Of a DNA stretch of 64,000 nucleotides, positions 32,728 through 45,634 are shown piece by piece; the stretch's first letter is position 1, and the number at the start of each line of letters is the position of its first letter. A program made the position numbers and the translations under genes. The notes under the pieces were generated by a model. That model saw nothing but the letters and a program-made list of their open reading frames with translations. It was not told where the DNA came from and ran no database searches. The stretch lies in assembly GCF_053078305.1 (NCBI RefSeq), contig NZ_CP166879.1; one strand, given 5' to 3'.

Positions 32728-33438
32728 ATGGCAACCACTCATTTGGATGTTTGCGCCGTGGTTCCGGCGGCCGGATTTGGCCGTCGAATGCAAACGGAAT
32801 GTCCTAAGCAATATCTCTCAATCGGTAATCAAACCATTCTTGAACACTCGGTGCATGCGCTGCTGGCGCATCCCCGGGTGAAACGTGTCGTCATTGCCAT
32901 AAGTCCTGGCGATAGCCGTTTTGCACAACTTCCTCTGGCGAATCATCCGCAAATCACCGTTGTAGATGGCGGTGATGAGCGTGCCGATTCCGTGCTGGCA
33001 GGTTTGAAAGCCGCTGGCGACGCGCAGTGGGTATTGGTGCATGACGCCGCTCGTCCTTGTCTGCATCAGGATGACCTCGCGCGATTGTTGGCGTTGAGCG
33101 AAACCAGCCGCACGGGAGGGATCCTAGCAGCACCAGTGCGCGATACTATGAAACGTGCCGAACCGGGCAAAAATGCCATTGCTCATACCGTTGATCGCAA
33201 CGGCTTATGGCACGCGCTGACGCCGCAATTTTTCCCTCGTGAGCTGTTACATGACTGTCTGACGCGCGCTCTAAATGAAGGCGCGACTATTACCGACGAA
33301 GCCTCGGCGCTGGAATATTGCGGATTCCATCCTCAGTTGGTCGAAGGCCGTGCGGATAACATTAAAGTCACGCGCCCGGAGGATTTGGCACTGGCCGAGT
33401 TTTACCTCACCCGAACCATCCATCAGGAGAATACATAA
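32728..33438 (+). CDS. ispD: 2-C-methyl-D-erythritol 4-phosphate cytidylyltransferase
   Basis: 236-aa [13 protein letters not shown]-terminal motif. Confidence 0.95.
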
Positions 33439-33917
33439 TGCGAATTGGACACGGTTTTGACGTACACGCCTTTGGCGGTGAAGGCCCAATTATCATTGGT
33501 GGCGTACGCATTCCTTACGAAAAAGGATTGCTGGCGCATTCTGATGGCGACGTGGCGCTCCATGCGTTGACCGATGCATTGCTTGGCGCGGCGGCGCTGG
33601 GGGATATCGGCAAACTGTTCCCGGATACCGATCCGGCATTTAAAGGTGCCGATAGCCGCGAGCTGCTACGCGAAGCCTGGCGTCGTATTCAGGCGAAGGG
33701 TTATACCCTTGGCAACGTCGATGTCACTATCATAGCTCAGGCACCGAAGATGTTGCCGCACATTCCACAAATGCGCGTGTTTATTGCCGAAGATCTCGGC
33801 TGCCATATGGATGATGTTAACGTGAAAGCCACTACTACGGAAAAACTTGGATTTACCGGACGTGGGGAAGGGATAGCCTGTGAAGCGGTGGCGCTACTCA
33901 TTAAGGCAACAAAATGA
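33438..33917 (+). CDS. ispF: 2-C-methyl-D-erythritol 2,4-cyclodiphosphate synthase
   Basis: 159-aa [15 protein letters not shown]... N-terminus. Confidence 0.95.
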
Positions 33918-34943
33918 TTGAGTTTGATAATCTCACTTACCTCCACGGTAAACCGCAAGGCACCGGGCTGCTGAAAGCCAATCCGGAAGACTTTGTGGTG
34001 GTGGAAGATTTGGGCTTTGAGCCTGATGGTGAAGGTGAGCATATTCTGGTTAGAATCCTCAAAAACGGCTGCAATACCCGTTTTGTGGCGGATGCACTGG
34101 CGAAATTCCTGAAAATTCATGCCCGTGAAGTCAGCTTCGCTGGGCAAAAAGACAAACATGCTGTAACGGAACAGTGGTTATGTGCTCGCGTGCCGGGCAA
34201 GGAAATGCCCGATCTGAGCGCCTTTCAATTGGAAGGCTGCCAGGTGCTGGAGTATGCGCGGCACAAGCGCAAGCTGCGTTTAGGGGCGCTGAAAGGTAAC
34301 GCCTTTACCCTGGTTCTGCGCGAAGTGAGCAATCGCGATGACGTTGAACAACGTCTGATCGATATTTGCGTAAAAGGTGTACCGAACTACTTCGGTGCCC
34401 AACGTTTTGGGATTGGCGGTAGCAACTTGCAGGGCGCGCTGCGCTGGGCGCAAACCAATACTCCGGTGCGCGATCGCAATAAACGGAGTTTTTGGTTGTC
34501 GGCAGCCCGCAGTGCGTTGTTTAATCAGATTGTTGCTGAGCGCCTCAAAAAAGCAGACGTTAATCAAGTTGTTGACGGCGATGCGCTACAATTAGCCGGA
34601 CGTGGTAGCTGGTTTGTAGCAACCACCGAAGAACTGGCGGAATTACAGCGTCGCGTCAACGATAAAGAGCTGATGATAACCGCCGCATTGCCGGGCAGTG
34701 GCGAATGGGGAACTCAGCGTGAAGCGTTGGCATTCGAACAAGCAGCGGTCGCCGCAGAAACTGAATTACAAACCTTACTGGTGCGCGAAAAAGTTGAAGC
34801 CGCGCGCAGAGCGATGCTGCTGTATCCGCAACAATTAAGCTGGAACTGGTGGGATGACGTCACCGTAGAGATCCGTTTCTGGCTTCCGGCGGGTAGTTTT
34901 GCAACCAGCGTTGTCAGGGAACTTATCAACACAACAGGTGATT

Positions 34944-34963
<20 letters not shown>
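33914..34963 (+). CDS. truD: tRNA pseudouridine(13) synthase
   Basis: 349-aa ORF; synteny. Confidence 0.9.
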
Positions 34964-36325
<1,362 letters not shown>

Positions 36326-36464
36326 AACGTGAGGAAATACCTGGATTTTTCCTGGTTATTTTGCCGCAGGTCAGCGTATCGTGAACATCTTTTCCAGTGT
36401 TCAGTATGGTGCCTTGCACGGTAATTATGTCACTGGTTATTAACCAATTTTTCCTGGGGGATAA

Positions 36465-37604
36465 ATGAGCGCGGGAAGCCCAAAATTCACCGTTCGCCGC
36501 ATTGCGGCTTTGTCACTGGTTTCGCTATGGCTGGCAGGCTGTTCTGACACTTCAAATCCACCGGCACCGGTCAGCTCCGTTAATGGCAATGCGCCTGCAA
36601 ATACCAATTCTGGTATGTTGATTACGCCGCCGCCGAAAATGGGGACGACGTCTACAGCGCAGCAACCGCAAATTCAGCCGGTACAGCAGCCACAAATTCA
36701 GGCCACTCAACAACCGCAAATCCAGCCAGTGCAGCCAGTAGCTCAGCAGCCGGTACAGATGGAAAACGGACGCATCGTCTATAACCGTCAGTATGGGAAC
36801 ATTCCGAAAGGCAGTTATAGCGGCAGTACCTATACCGTGAAAAAAGGCGACACGCTTTTCTATATCGCCTGGATTACTGGCAACGATTTCCGTGACCTTG
36901 CTCAGCGCAACAATATTCAGGCACCATACGCGCTGAACGTCGGTCAGACCTTACAGGTGGGGAATGCTTCCGGTACGCCAATCACTGGCGGAAATGCCAT
37001 TACCCAGGCCGACGCAGCAGAGCAAGGAGTTGTGATCAAGCCTGCACAAAATTCCACCGTTGCTGTTGCGTCGCAACCGACAATTACGTATTCTGATTCT
37101 TCGGGTGAACAGAGTGCTAACAAAATGTTGCCGAACAACAAGCCAACTGCGACCACGGTCACAGCGCCTGTAACGGTACCAACAGCAAGCACAACCGAGC
37201 CGACTGTCAGCAGTACATCAACCAGTACGCCTATCTCCACCTGGCGCTGGCCGACTGAGGGCAAAGTGATCGAAACCTTTGGCGCTTCTGAGGGGGGCAA
37301 CAAGGGGATTGATATCGCAGGCAGCAAAGGACAGGCAATTATCGCGACCGCAGATGGCCGCGTTGTTTATGCCGGTAACGCGCTGCGCGGCTACGGTAAT
37401 CTGATTATCATCAAACATAATGATGATTACCTGAGTGCCTACGCCCATAACGACACAATGCTGGTCCGGGAACAACAAGAAGTGAAGGCGGGGCAAAAAA
37501 TAGCAACCATGGGTAGCACCGGAACCAGTTCAACACGCTTGCATTTTGAAATTCGTTACAAGGGGAAATCCGTAAACCCGCTGCGTTATTTGCCGCAGCG
37601 ATAA
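36465..37604 (+). CDS. nlpD: Murein hydrolase activator lipoprotein NlpD (LysM + M23 peptidase domains)
   Basis: 379-aa ORF; lipobox LAGCS; Q/P-rich repeat linker; M23-like C-terminus. Confidence 0.95.
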   Translation: MSAGSPKFTVRRIAALSLVSLWLAGCSDTSNPPAPVSSVNGNAPANTNSGMLITPPPKMGTTSTAQQPQIQPVQQPQIQATQQPQIQPVQPVAQQPVQMENGRIVYNRQYGNIPKGSYSGSTYTVKKGDTLFYIAWITGNDFRDLAQRNNIQAPYALNVGQTLQVGNASGTPITGGNAITQADAAEQGVVIKPAQNSTVAVASQPTITYSDSSGEQSANKMLPNNKPTATTVTAPVTVPTASTTEPTVSSTSTSTPISTWRWPTEGKVIETFGASEGGNKGIDIAGSKGQAIIATADGRVVYAGNALRGYGNLIIIKHNDDYLSAYAHNDTMLVREQQEVKAGQKIATMGSTGTSSTRLHFEIRYKGKSVNPLRYLPQR

Positions 37605-37666
37605 ATCGGCGGAACCAGGCTTTTGCTTGAATGTTCCGTCAAGGGATCACGGGTAGGAGCCACCTT

Positions 37667-38659
37667 ATGAGTCAGAATACGCTGAAAGTTCATGATTTAA
37701 ATGAAGATGCGGAATTTGATGAGAACGGAGTTGAGGTTTTTGACGAAAAGGCCTTAGTAGAAGAGGAACCCAGTGATAACGATTTGGCCGAAGAGGAACT
37801 GTTATCGCAGGGAGCCACACAGCGTGTGTTGGACGCGACTCAGCTTTACCTTGGTGAGATTGGTTATTCACCACTGTTAACGGCCGAAGAAGAAGTTTAT
37901 TTTGCGCGTCGCGCACTGCGTGGAGATGTCGCCTCTCGCCGCCGGATGATCGAGAGTAACTTGCGTCTAGTGGTAAAAATTGCCCGCCGTTATGGCAATC
38001 GTGGTCTGGCGTTGCTGGACCTTATCGAAGAGGGCAACCTGGGGCTGATCCGCGCGGTAGAGAAGTTTGACCCGGAACGTGGTTTCCGCTTCTCAACATA
38101 CGCAACCTGGTGGATTCGCCAGACGATTGAACGGGCGATTATGAACCAAACCCGTACTATTCGTTTGCCGATTCACATCGTAAAGGAGCTGAACGTTTAC
38201 CTGCGAACCGCACGTGAGTTGTCCCATAAGCTGGACCATGAACCAAGTGCGGAAGAGATCGCAGAGCAACTGGATAAGCCAGTTGATGACGTCAGCCGTA
38301 TGCTTCGTCTTAACGAGCGCATTACCTCGGTAGACACCCCGCTGGGTGGTGATTCCGAAAAAGCGTTGCTGGACATCCTGGCCGATGAAAAAGAGAACGG
38401 TCCGGAAGATACCACGCAAGATGACGATATGAAGCAGAGCATCGTCAAATGGCTGTTCGAGCTGAACGCCAAACAGCGTGAAGTGCTGGCACGTCGATTC
38501 GGTTTGCTGGGGTACGAAGCGGCAACACTGGAAGATGTAGGTCGTGAAATTGGCCTCACCCGTGAACGTGTTCGCCAGATTCAGGTTGAAGGCCTGCGCC
38601 GTTTGCGCGAAATCCTGCAAACGCAGGGGCTGAATATCGAAGCGCTGTTCCGCGAGTAA
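37667..38659 (+). CDS. rpoS: RNA polymerase sigma factor RpoS (sigma-38), full length
   Basis: 330 aa from [17 protein letters not shown]... with no internal stop or frameshift; the track ORF starts upstream at 37631. Confidence 0.97.
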   Translation: MSQNTLKVHDLNEDAEFDENGVEVFDEKALVEEEPSDNDLAEEELLSQGATQRVLDATQLYLGEIGYSPLLTAEEEVYFARRALRGDVASRRRMIESNLRLVVKIARRYGNRGLALLDLIEEGNLGLIRAVEKFDPERGFRFSTYATWWIRQTIERAIMNQTRTIRLPIHIVKELNVYLRTARELSHKLDHEPSAEEIAEQLDKPVDDVSRMLRLNERITSVDTPLGGDSEKALLDILADEKENGPEDTTQDDDMKQSIVKWLFELNAKQREVLARRFGLLGYEAATLEDVGREIGLTRERVRQIQVEGLRRLREILQTQGLNIEALFRE

Positions 38660-38676
38660 GTAAGCATCTGTCAGAA

Positions 38677-38710
38677 AGGCCAGTCTCAAGCGAGGCTGGC
38701 CTTTTTTCTT
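38677..38710 (+). terminator. Rho-independent terminator after rpoS
   Basis: AGGCCAGTCTC-AAGC-GAGGCTGGCCT stem-loop followed by TTTTTCTTTTG. Confidence 0.8.
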
Positions 38711-38779
38711 TTGTTTGGGAAGCATGTGTTTTTGTCGCCTGGATAAGACACGTCAGCGTCCTACCCGGCAATCAGCATT

Positions 38780-39187
38780 CTATGTGCTCATCATCTTGCG
38801 CACCAGCTGCACAAACAGCTCCTGCTCTTCTGCACTCAAACGCCCCAAAAATTCCTCATCCACGCTGTCACCAATCGGTATCGCCGCAGCAAGTACCTTT
38901 TCTCCTTCGGCAGTCAGCCAGACAAAGCGTCGCCGCTTGTCAGCGGCGTCATGTTCACGTCTGACTAAGCCACGATTCTCCATTCTTGCCAACATTTCTG
39001 CCAACGTTGCTTTGGTGCTGACTGCTGCTTCTATCAGTGCCACCTGTTCGATACCAGGCTTATCAGCAATGGCGCGCATCACCGCATACTGTGGTTTGGT
39101 CAGGTCAGGTAACTCGTGCTGCCAGCGAGCCGTGTGCTGCTGAAAAAGCTGTCGTAACTGATGGAACGCTTTATTTCGTAACGCCAT
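38780..39187 (-). CDS. MarR/SlyA-family transcriptional regulator
   Basis: 135-aa ORF with winged-helix MarR character; divergent from the decarboxylase genes. Confidence 0.8.
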   Translation of the reverse strand: MALRNKAFHQLRQLFQQHTARWQHELPDLTKPQYAVMRAIADKPGIEQVALIEAAVSTKATLAEMLARMENRGLVRREHDAADKRRRFVWLTAEGEKVLAAAIPIGDSVDEEFLGRLSAEEQELFVQLVRKMMST

Positions 39188-39333
39188 GTAAACTCCGGGC
39201 TAATTCTCTGTCGCTATCATAGCGGTTTTTTAGTGACGAAGAAGATGTTGTTACTTTTCAATCCTTGCCGCTGTGGAAATGAAGGAGTATGTTAATAATA
39301 ACGTTCGTATACGAACAATTAAGAGAGTAAGCA

Positions 39334-39927
39334 ATGAAACTGATCGTCGGGATGACAGGGGCTACCGGTGCGCCTCTTGGTGTGGCATTACTGCAAGCGC
39401 TGCGGGAGATGCCGAATGTCGAGACTCATCTGGTGATGTCGAAGTGGGCGAAAACCACCATTGAACTGGAAACGCCTTACAGCGCCCGCGATGTTGCTGC
39501 CCTCGCAGACTTCAGCCATAACCCGGCGGATCAGGCGGCGACCATCTCCTCAGGTTCCTTTCGTACCGACGGCATGATCGTTATTCCGTGCAGTATGAAA
39601 ACGCTCGCCGGTATCCGTGCCGGTTACGCCGATGGCCTGGTAGGGCGCGGGGCGGACGTCGTGCTCAAAGAAGGCCGCAAACTGGTGCTGGTACCGCGTG
39701 AAATGCCGCTTAGCACCATCCATCTCGAAAATATGCTCGCACTTTCACGCATGGGCGTGGCGATGTTGCCGCCGATGCCTGCCTTTTATAACCATCCCGA
39801 AACGGTAGATGACATTGTCCACCATGTGGTAGCCCGCGTGCTGGATCAATTTGGCCTCGAACATCCCCACGCCAGGCGCTGGCAAGGATTGCCGCAGGCC
39901 CGGAATTTTTCTCAGGAGAATGAATAA
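39334..39927 (+). CDS. ecdB: UbiX/Pad1-family flavin prenyltransferase (decarboxylase B subunit)
   Basis: 197-aa ORF; MKLIVGMTGATGAPLGVALLQAL flavoprotein N-terminus. Confidence 0.85.
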   Translation: MKLIVGMTGATGAPLGVALLQALREMPNVETHLVMSKWAKTTIELETPYSARDVAALADFSHNPADQAATISSGSFRTDGMIVIPCSMKTLAGIRAGYADGLVGRGADVVLKEGRKLVLVPREMPLSTIHLENMLALSRMGVAMLPPMPAFYNHPETVDDIVHHVVARVLDQFGLEHPHARRWQGLPQARNFSQENE

Positions 39928-41354
39928 TGGCATTTGATGATTTACGCAGCTTTTTACAGGCGCTTGATGACCACGGCCAGTTACTGAAAATCAGCGAAGA
40001 GGTGAACGCGGAACCGGATCTGGCTGCCGCTGCCAACGCCACCGGGCGTATCGGCGATGGTGCACCGGCGCTGTGGTTTGATAATATTCGCGGTTTTACC
40101 GATGCCCGCGTGGCGATGAATACCATCGGTTCCTGGCAGAACCACGCGATTTCCTTGGGCCTGCCGCCAAACACCCCGGTTAAAAAACAGATTGATGAGT
40201 TTATCCGCCGCTGGGATAACTTCCCGATTGCCCCGGAGCGCCGCGCCAATCCAGCCTGGGCGCAGAACACCGTCGATGGTGACGAGATTAATCTGTTCGA
40301 TATCCTGCCGCTGTTTCGTTTAAACGACGGTGATGGCGGTTTCTATCTCGACAAAGCGTGCGTGGTTTCCCGCGATCCGCTCGACCCGGATAACTTCGGC
40401 AAGCAGAACGTCGGCATCTACCGCATGGAAGTGAAGGGCAAGCGTAAGCTCGGCCTGCAACCGGTGCCGATGCACGATATCGCCCTGCATCTGCATAAAG
40501 CAGAAGAGCGCGGTGAAGATCTACCGATTGCGATCACGCTCGGTAACGATCCGATCATCACGCTGATGGGCGCAACGCCACTGAAATACGATCAATCTGA
40601 GTACGAAATGGCAGGCGCGCTGCGTGAAAGCTCGTACCCGATCGCCACCGCCCCGCTGACCGGTTTTGATGTGCCGTGGGGTTCAGAAGTGATCCTCGAA
40701 GGGGTCATCGAAAGCCGTAAACGCGAAATCGAGGGGCCGTTCGGTGAGTTTACCGGACACTACTCCGGCGGGCGTAACATGACCGTGGTGCGCATCGATA
40801 AAGTCTCTTACCGCACCAGGCCGATTTTCGAATCGCTGTACCTCGGCATGCCGTGGACCGAAATCGACTACCTGATGGGGCCAGCCACCTGTGTGCCGCT
40901 GTATCAGCAACTGAAAGCCGAGTTCCCGGAAGTGCAGGCGGTAAACGCCATGTACACCCACGGCCTGCTGGCGATTATCTCCACCAAAAAACGCTACGGC
41001 GGCTTTGCCCGCGCGGTGGGCCTGCGTGCGATGACCACGCCGCACGGTCTGGGCTACGTAAAGATGGTGATTATGGTCGATGAAGACGTTGACCCGTTCA
41101 ACCTGCCGCAGGTGATGTGGGCGCTCTCCTCGAAAGTAAATCCGGCAGGGGATTTGGTGCAGTTGCCGAATATGTCCGTGCTGGAACTCGACCCAGGCTC
41201 AAGCCCGGCGGGGATCACCGACAAGCTGATTATCGACGCCACCACGCCTGTCGCCCCGGACAACCGTGGTCACTACAGCCAGCCGGTGGTGGATTTGCCG
41301 GAAACCAAAGCCTGGGCTGAAAAACTGACCGCTATGCTGGCCGCACGTAAATAA
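39927..41354 (+). CDS. ecdC: UbiD-family hydroxyaromatic acid decarboxylase (C subunit, YclC-like)
   Basis: 475-aa ORF with UbiD-family character; start overlaps the upstream stop. Confidence 0.85.
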   Translation: MAFDDLRSFLQALDDHGQLLKISEEVNAEPDLAAAANATGRIGDGAPALWFDNIRGFTDARVAMNTIGSWQNHAISLGLPPNTPVKKQIDEFIRRWDNFPIAPERRANPAWAQNTVDGDEINLFDILPLFRLNDGDGGFYLDKACVVSRDPLDPDNFGKQNVGIYRMEVKGKRKLGLQPVPMHDIALHLHKAEERGEDLPIAITLGNDPIITLMGATPLKYDQSEYEMAGALRESSYPIATAPLTGFDVPWGSEVILEGVIESRKREIEGPFGEFTGHYSGGRNMTVVRIDKVSYRTRPIFESLYLGMPWTEIDYLMGPATCVPLYQQLKAEFPEVQAVNAMYTHGLLAIISTKKRYGGFARAVGLRAMTTPHGLGYVKMVIMVDEDVDPFNLPQVMWALSSKVNPAGDLVQLPNMSVLELDPGSSPAGITDKLIIDATTPVAPDNRGHYSQPVVDLPETKAWAEKLTAMLAARK

Positions 41355-41364
41355 GGAGAACAAG

Positions 41365-41601
41365 ATGATTTGTCCACGTTGTGCCGATGAACAGATTGAA
41401 GTGATGGCGAAATCGCCGGTGAAAGATGTCTGGACGGTATATCAGTGCCAGCATTGCCTTTATACCTGGCGCGATACCGAACCGCTGCGCCGTACCAGCC
41501 GCGAACATTATCCCGAAGCGTTCCGCATGACGCAGAAAGATATTGATGACGCGCCAATGGTGCCGAGCATCCCGCCGCTGCTGGCGGAAGGTAAGCGCTA
41601 A
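41365..41601 (+). CDS. ecdD: Small Cys-rich decarboxylase D subunit (YclD-like)
   Basis: 78-aa ORF with CPRC...CQHC zinc-ribbon-like motif; follows the UbiD gene. Confidence 0.75.
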   Translation: MICPRCADEQIEVMAKSPVKDVWTVYQCQHCLYTWRDTEPLRRTSREHYPEAFRMTQKDIDDAPMVPSIPPLLAEGKR

Positions 41602-41609
41602 TAAAAAGT

Positions 41610-41637
41610 GCCGGGTAGTGGCTTTGCTTTACCCGGC
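41610..41637. terminator. Putative bidirectional terminator hairpin between convergent ecdD and pphB
   Basis: GCCGGGTA...TACCCGGC 8-bp perfect stem, A-run upstream and T-rich downstream. Confidence 0.4.
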
Positions 41638-41641
41638 CTCA

Positions 41642-42298
41642 TTACTTTATTTTATAAAATGACAGCCGCCCGCTTTTCGGCGATCCGGTATCAATATAAA
41701 TCTGGTTAGCGAACGTCTGAATGTTATCAAACATCATATGTCCAAATATAAAATAATCAGCGCCGTTTATTTGTTGTAACTCGCCATTAAGCGATTTCTG
41801 CACACGATCAACAGGCCAGAGTAATTCGCTCTCCGCTATTTCTTTACCAAAGAGATATTCACTCCCCGGATAATCTGCATGTGCGATGACATATTTTATG
41901 TTGTCGTTAGTGATTTCAATAATATGTGGAAGGTGATGGAATTTCAGCAACAGATCTGTAGCTTCTTTTTGCTCTGAATCATTTAAATCGAAAAACCAGT
42001 CACCACCGCTGGCAAGCCACATATTGCCATCGCCGGTCGCGAACGCATCCAGCGCCATTGCTTCGTGGTTGCCTTTAACGGAGATAAACCAGGGCTGGTT
42101 TAGCAGGCGCAGGACGTTAAGACTCTCCGGCCCACGATCAATATTATCGCCGACAGAAATAAGTAAGTCGGTTTCGGGGAAAAAAGAGAGTTGATGTAAG
42201 CGGGATTGTAATAACTGATATTCACCATGAATATCACCAACGACCCATATATGGCGATAGTGATGGGCATTGATTTTTTGATAGCGTGTAGATGGCAT
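41642..42298 (-). CDS. pphB: Serine/threonine protein phosphatase 2
   Basis: 218-aa ORF with calcineurin-like metallophosphatase motifs (GDIHG, GNHE). Confidence 0.9.
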   Translation of the reverse strand: MPSTRYQKINAHHYRHIWVVGDIHGEYQLLQSRLHQLSFFPETDLLISVGDNIDRGPESLNVLRLLNQPWFISVKGNHEAMALDAFATGDGNMWLASGGDWFFDLNDSEQKEATDLLLKFHHLPHIIEITNDNIKYVIAHADYPGSEYLFGKEIAESELLWPVDRVQKSLNGELQQINGADYFIFGHMMFDNIQTFANQIYIDTGSPKSGRLSFYKIK

Positions 42299-42403
42299 GG
42301 TTTTACCCTGTAAAATAAGCTTTCCTATTATACAGGGTATTTTTATTTGATTCGTCAGCTGTAGATAATATTCCCGATAGTATTTTTCTACCGGGAATTA
42401 TAA

Positions 42404-44965
42404 TTACACCAGACTCTTCAAGCGATAAATCCACTCCAGCGCCTGACGCGGGGTGAGTGAATCCGGATCGAGGTTTTCCAGTGCCTCGACAGCAGGCGAG
42501 GTTTCTTCCGGTACGGACAGCAAAGACATTTGCGTACCATCCACTTGTGTAGCGGCGGCGTTCGGCGAAATGCTCTCCAGCTCACGCAGTTTCTGCCGCG
42601 CGCGTTTGATCACCTCTTTTGGCACGCCCGCAAGGGCTGCAACCGCCAGGCCGTAGCTTTTGCTCGCCGCGCCATCCTGCACGCTATGCATAAAGGCAAT
42701 GGTGTCGCCGTGCTCCAGTGCATCGAGATGCACGTTGGCGACGCCTTCCATTTTCTCCGGTAACTGGGTCAGCTCGAAATAGTGGGTAGCAAACAGCGTC
42801 AACGCTTTAATCTTATTCGCCAGATTTTCCGCGCACGCCCACGCCAGCGACAGACCATCGTAAGTGGAAGTTCCGCGCCCAATCTCATCCATCAGCACCA
42901 GACTGTACTCGGTGGCGTTATGCAGAATATTAGCGGTTTCGGTCATCTCCACCATAAAGGTTGAACGCCCGGAAGCCAGATCATCCGCTGCCCCTACGCG
43001 GGTAAAGATACGGTCAATCGGGCCAATCTCGACTTTTTGTGCCGGTACATAGCTGCCGATGTAGGCCATCAACGCAATCAGTGCGGTCTGGCGCATATAG
43101 GTACTTTTACCGCCCATGTTCGGGCCGGTAATAATCAACATCCGGCGCTGCGGTGACAGATTCAGCGGGTTGGCGATAAATGGCTCGTTCAGCACCTGTT
43201 CAACCACCGGATGGCGGCCTTCGGTAATGCGAATGCCCGGTTTATCAATAAAGGTCGGGCAGGTGTAGTTCAGGGTATAGGCCCGTTCCGCCAGGTTCAC
43301 CAGCACGTCGAGTTCCGCCAGCGCGCTCGCGCTCTGTTGCAACGCTTCCAGATGCGGCAACAGCAGGTCGAACAACTCTTCATAAAGCTGTTTTTCCAGT
43401 GCCAGTGCTTTGCCTTTTGAGGTGAGAACTTTATCTTCGTACTCTTTTAGCTCTGGAATGATGTAGCGCTCGGCGTTTTTCAGCGTCTGGCGACGCATGT
43501 AGTTGATGGGTGCCAGATGGCTTTGCCCACGGCTGATTTGAATGTAGTAGCCGTGCACCGCATTAAAGCCAACTTTCAGCGTGTCCAGGCCGGTACGTTC
43601 ACGCTCGCGGACTTCCAGACGCTCCAGATAATCGGTCGCGCCGTCAGCCAGCGCGCGCCACTCATCCAGCTCTTCGTTATAGCCCGATGCGATAACACCA
43701 CCGTCGCGTACCAGCACCGGCGGTGTGTCGATGATTGCTCGCTCCAGCAGATCGCGCAGCTCGGCAAACTCGCCCATCTTCTCACGTAGCGCCTGTACCG
43801 GTGCACTATCGACAGTTTCTAACTGCGCACGCAGCTCCGGCAGTTGCTGGAAAGCGTGGCGCATACGGGCCAGATCGCGTGGGCGAGCAGTTCGTAAAGC
43901 CAGACGTGCCAGAATACGTTCCAGGTCGCCGACCTGACGCAGTACCGGCTGTAGCCCGGCGGTGAAATCCTGCAATGCGCCAATAGTTTGCTGGCGCTCA
44001 AGCAACACGCGGGTATCGCGCACTGGCATATGCAGCCAGCGTTTCAGCATACGGCTGCCCATCGGCGTGACGGTGCAGTCGAGCACAGAAGCCAGCGTAT
44101 TTTCCGCACCACCCGCCAGGTTCTGGGTGATTTCCAGATTACGACGCGTCGCGGCATCCATAATGATGCTGTCCTGCTCACGTTCCATGGTGATGGAACG
44201 AATATGCGGCAGAGTCGTACGTTGGGTATCTTTCGCATACTGCAACAGACAACCGGCAGCACAAAGTCCGCGCGGCGCGTTCTCGACGCCAAAACCGACC
44301 AGATCGCGGGTCCCAAATTGCAGATTCAACTGCTGGCGCGCGGTGTCGATTTCAAACTCCCACAGCGGGCGACGGCGCAGGCCGCGACGGCCTTCAATTA
44401 ACGACATTTCAGCAAAATCTTCTGCATACAGCAGTTCCGCAGGATTAGTGCGTTGCAGTTCTGCCGCCATCGTTTCCCGGTCAGCCGGTTCGCTCAGGCG
44501 AAAACGCCCGGAACTGATATCCAGCGTCGCGTAGCCGAAACCTTTGCTGTCCTGCCAGATAGCCGCCAGCAGGTTGTCCTGACGCTCCTGCAACAGGGCT
44601 TCATCGCTGATGGTGCCTGGCGTAACGATACGCACAACTTTGCGCTCAACCGGACCTTTGCTGGTCGCCGGATCGCCAATTTGTTCGCAGATGGCAACGG
44701 ACTCACCCTGATTCACCAGTTTGGCGAGGTAGTTTTCCACCGCATGGTAGGGAATCCCCGCCATCGGGATCGGCTCTCCCGCCGAAGCACCGCGTTTGGT
44801 CAGTGAAATATCCAGCAGTTGCGACGCGCGTTTTGCGTCGTCATAAAACAGTTCATAAAAATCACCCATCCGGTAAAACAGCAGGATCTCGGGATGCTGG
44901 GCTTTCAGCTTGAGATACTGCTGCATCATGGGCGTATGGGCGTCGAAATTTTCTATTGCACTCAT
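42404..44965 (-). CDS. mutS: DNA mismatch repair protein MutS
   Basis: 853-aa ORF; Walker [10 protein letters not shown]; full length. Confidence 0.97.
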   Translation of the reverse strand: MSAIENFDAHTPMMQQYLKLKAQHPEILLFYRMGDFYELFYDDAKRASQLLDISLTKRGASAGEPIPMAGIPYHAVENYLAKLVNQGESVAICEQIGDPATSKGPVERKVVRIVTPGTISDEALLQERQDNLLAAIWQDSKGFGYATLDISSGRFRLSEPADRETMAAELQRTNPAELLYAEDFAEMSLIEGRRGLRRRPLWEFEIDTARQQLNLQFGTRDLVGFGVENAPRGLCAAGCLLQYAKDTQRTTLPHIRSITMEREQDSIIMDAATRRNLEITQNLAGGAENTLASVLDCTVTPMGSRMLKRWLHMPVRDTRVLLERQQTIGALQDFTAGLQPVLRQVGDLERILARLALRTARPRDLARMRHAFQQLPELRAQLETVDSAPVQALREKMGEFAELRDLLERAIIDTPPVLVRDGGVIASGYNEELDEWRALADGATDYLERLEVRERERTGLDTLKVGFNAVHGYYIQISRGQSHLAPINYMRRQTLKNAERYIIPELKEYEDKVLTSKGKALALEKQLYEELFDLLLPHLEALQQSASALAELDVLVNLAERAYTLNYTCPTFIDKPGIRITEGRHPVVEQVLNEPFIANPLNLSPQRRMLIITGPNMGGKSTYMRQTALIALMAYIGSYVPAQKVEIGPIDRIFTRVGAADDLASGRSTFMVEMTETANILHNATEYSLVLMDEIGRGTSTYDGLSLAWACAENLANKIKALTLFATHYFELTQLPEKMEGVANVHLDALEHGDTIAFMHSVQDGAASKSYGLAVAALAGVPKEVIKRARQKLRELESISPNAAATQVDGTQMSLLSVPEETSPAVEALENLDPDSLTPRQALEWIYRLKSLV

Positions 44966-45211
44966 GGGGTTATGTCCGGTTCCCTGATATTAAATGGGGT
45001 GTGATGGTTTTTATTTTCGTTGTAATCACATAAGGCGCACATGATACCGGAGTTAATCATTTCAGGGGAAGAAGCGAACGGCGAGTTCTTGATGCTGGTT
45101 CCGGGAAAGATGCTGTTTTGCAGCTTTTGCGTGATGCTTATGAAGCAAGTACGCAAAATTGCGTCGGTTGAATAAACCACCTCCTTCAGAGCCATAGTCC
45201 CCTTTCAAATT

Positions 45212-45234
45212 AAGTTGTAGTATAAATACACCTT
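45212..45234 (+). promoter_or_regulatory. Candidate operator/-10 region upstream of ygbA (possible NsrR site)
   Basis: Partial palindrome AAGTTGTAGTATAAATACACCTT overlapping a TATAAAT -10-like hexamer about 25 bp before the start codon; ygbA is known to be NsrR-regulated in K-12. Confidence 0.3.
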
Positions 45235-45251
45235 AAGAGTATGGAGGCAGC

Positions 45252-45596
45252 ATGTCCGGCAAGCGTATCTCTCGTGAAAAACTGACGATTAAAAAAATGA
45301 TCGATCTTTATCAAGCGAAATGCCCGCAGGCGTCAGCGGAGCCGGAGCATTACGACGCGCTGTTTGCCTACGCGCAAAAGCGGCTGGATAAATGTGTGTT
45401 CGGCGAAGAGAAACCAGCCTGTAAGCAGTGTCCGGTGCACTGTTACCAGCCTGCAAAGCGTGAAGAGATGAAACAGATTATGCGTTGGGCCGGGCCGAGA
45501 ATGCTGTGGCGTCATCCGATCTTAACCGTGCGTCATCTCATCGATGACAAGCGTCCGGTGCCGGAGTTGCCAGAAAAATATCGTCCAAAGAAATAA
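45252..45596 (+). CDS. ygbA: Cys-rich small protein YgbA
   Basis: 114-aa ORF; position between mutS and fhlA. Confidence 0.8.
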   Translation: MSGKRISREKLTIKKMIDLYQAKCPQASAEPEHYDALFAYAQKRLDKCVFGEEKPACKQCPVHCYQPAKREEMKQIMRWAGPRMLWRHPILTVRHLIDDKRPVPELPEKYRPKK

Positions 45597-45634
45597 ATCT
45601 GCCGGAGAGCCATACTCTCCGGCAAATAAGGCGT

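Noticed and set aside
36650-36760. Tandem QQPQIQP-type repeats inside nlpD
   Set aside because: This is the Q/P-rich linker of NlpD encoded by in-frame short repeats, not a mobile or regulatory repeat element.
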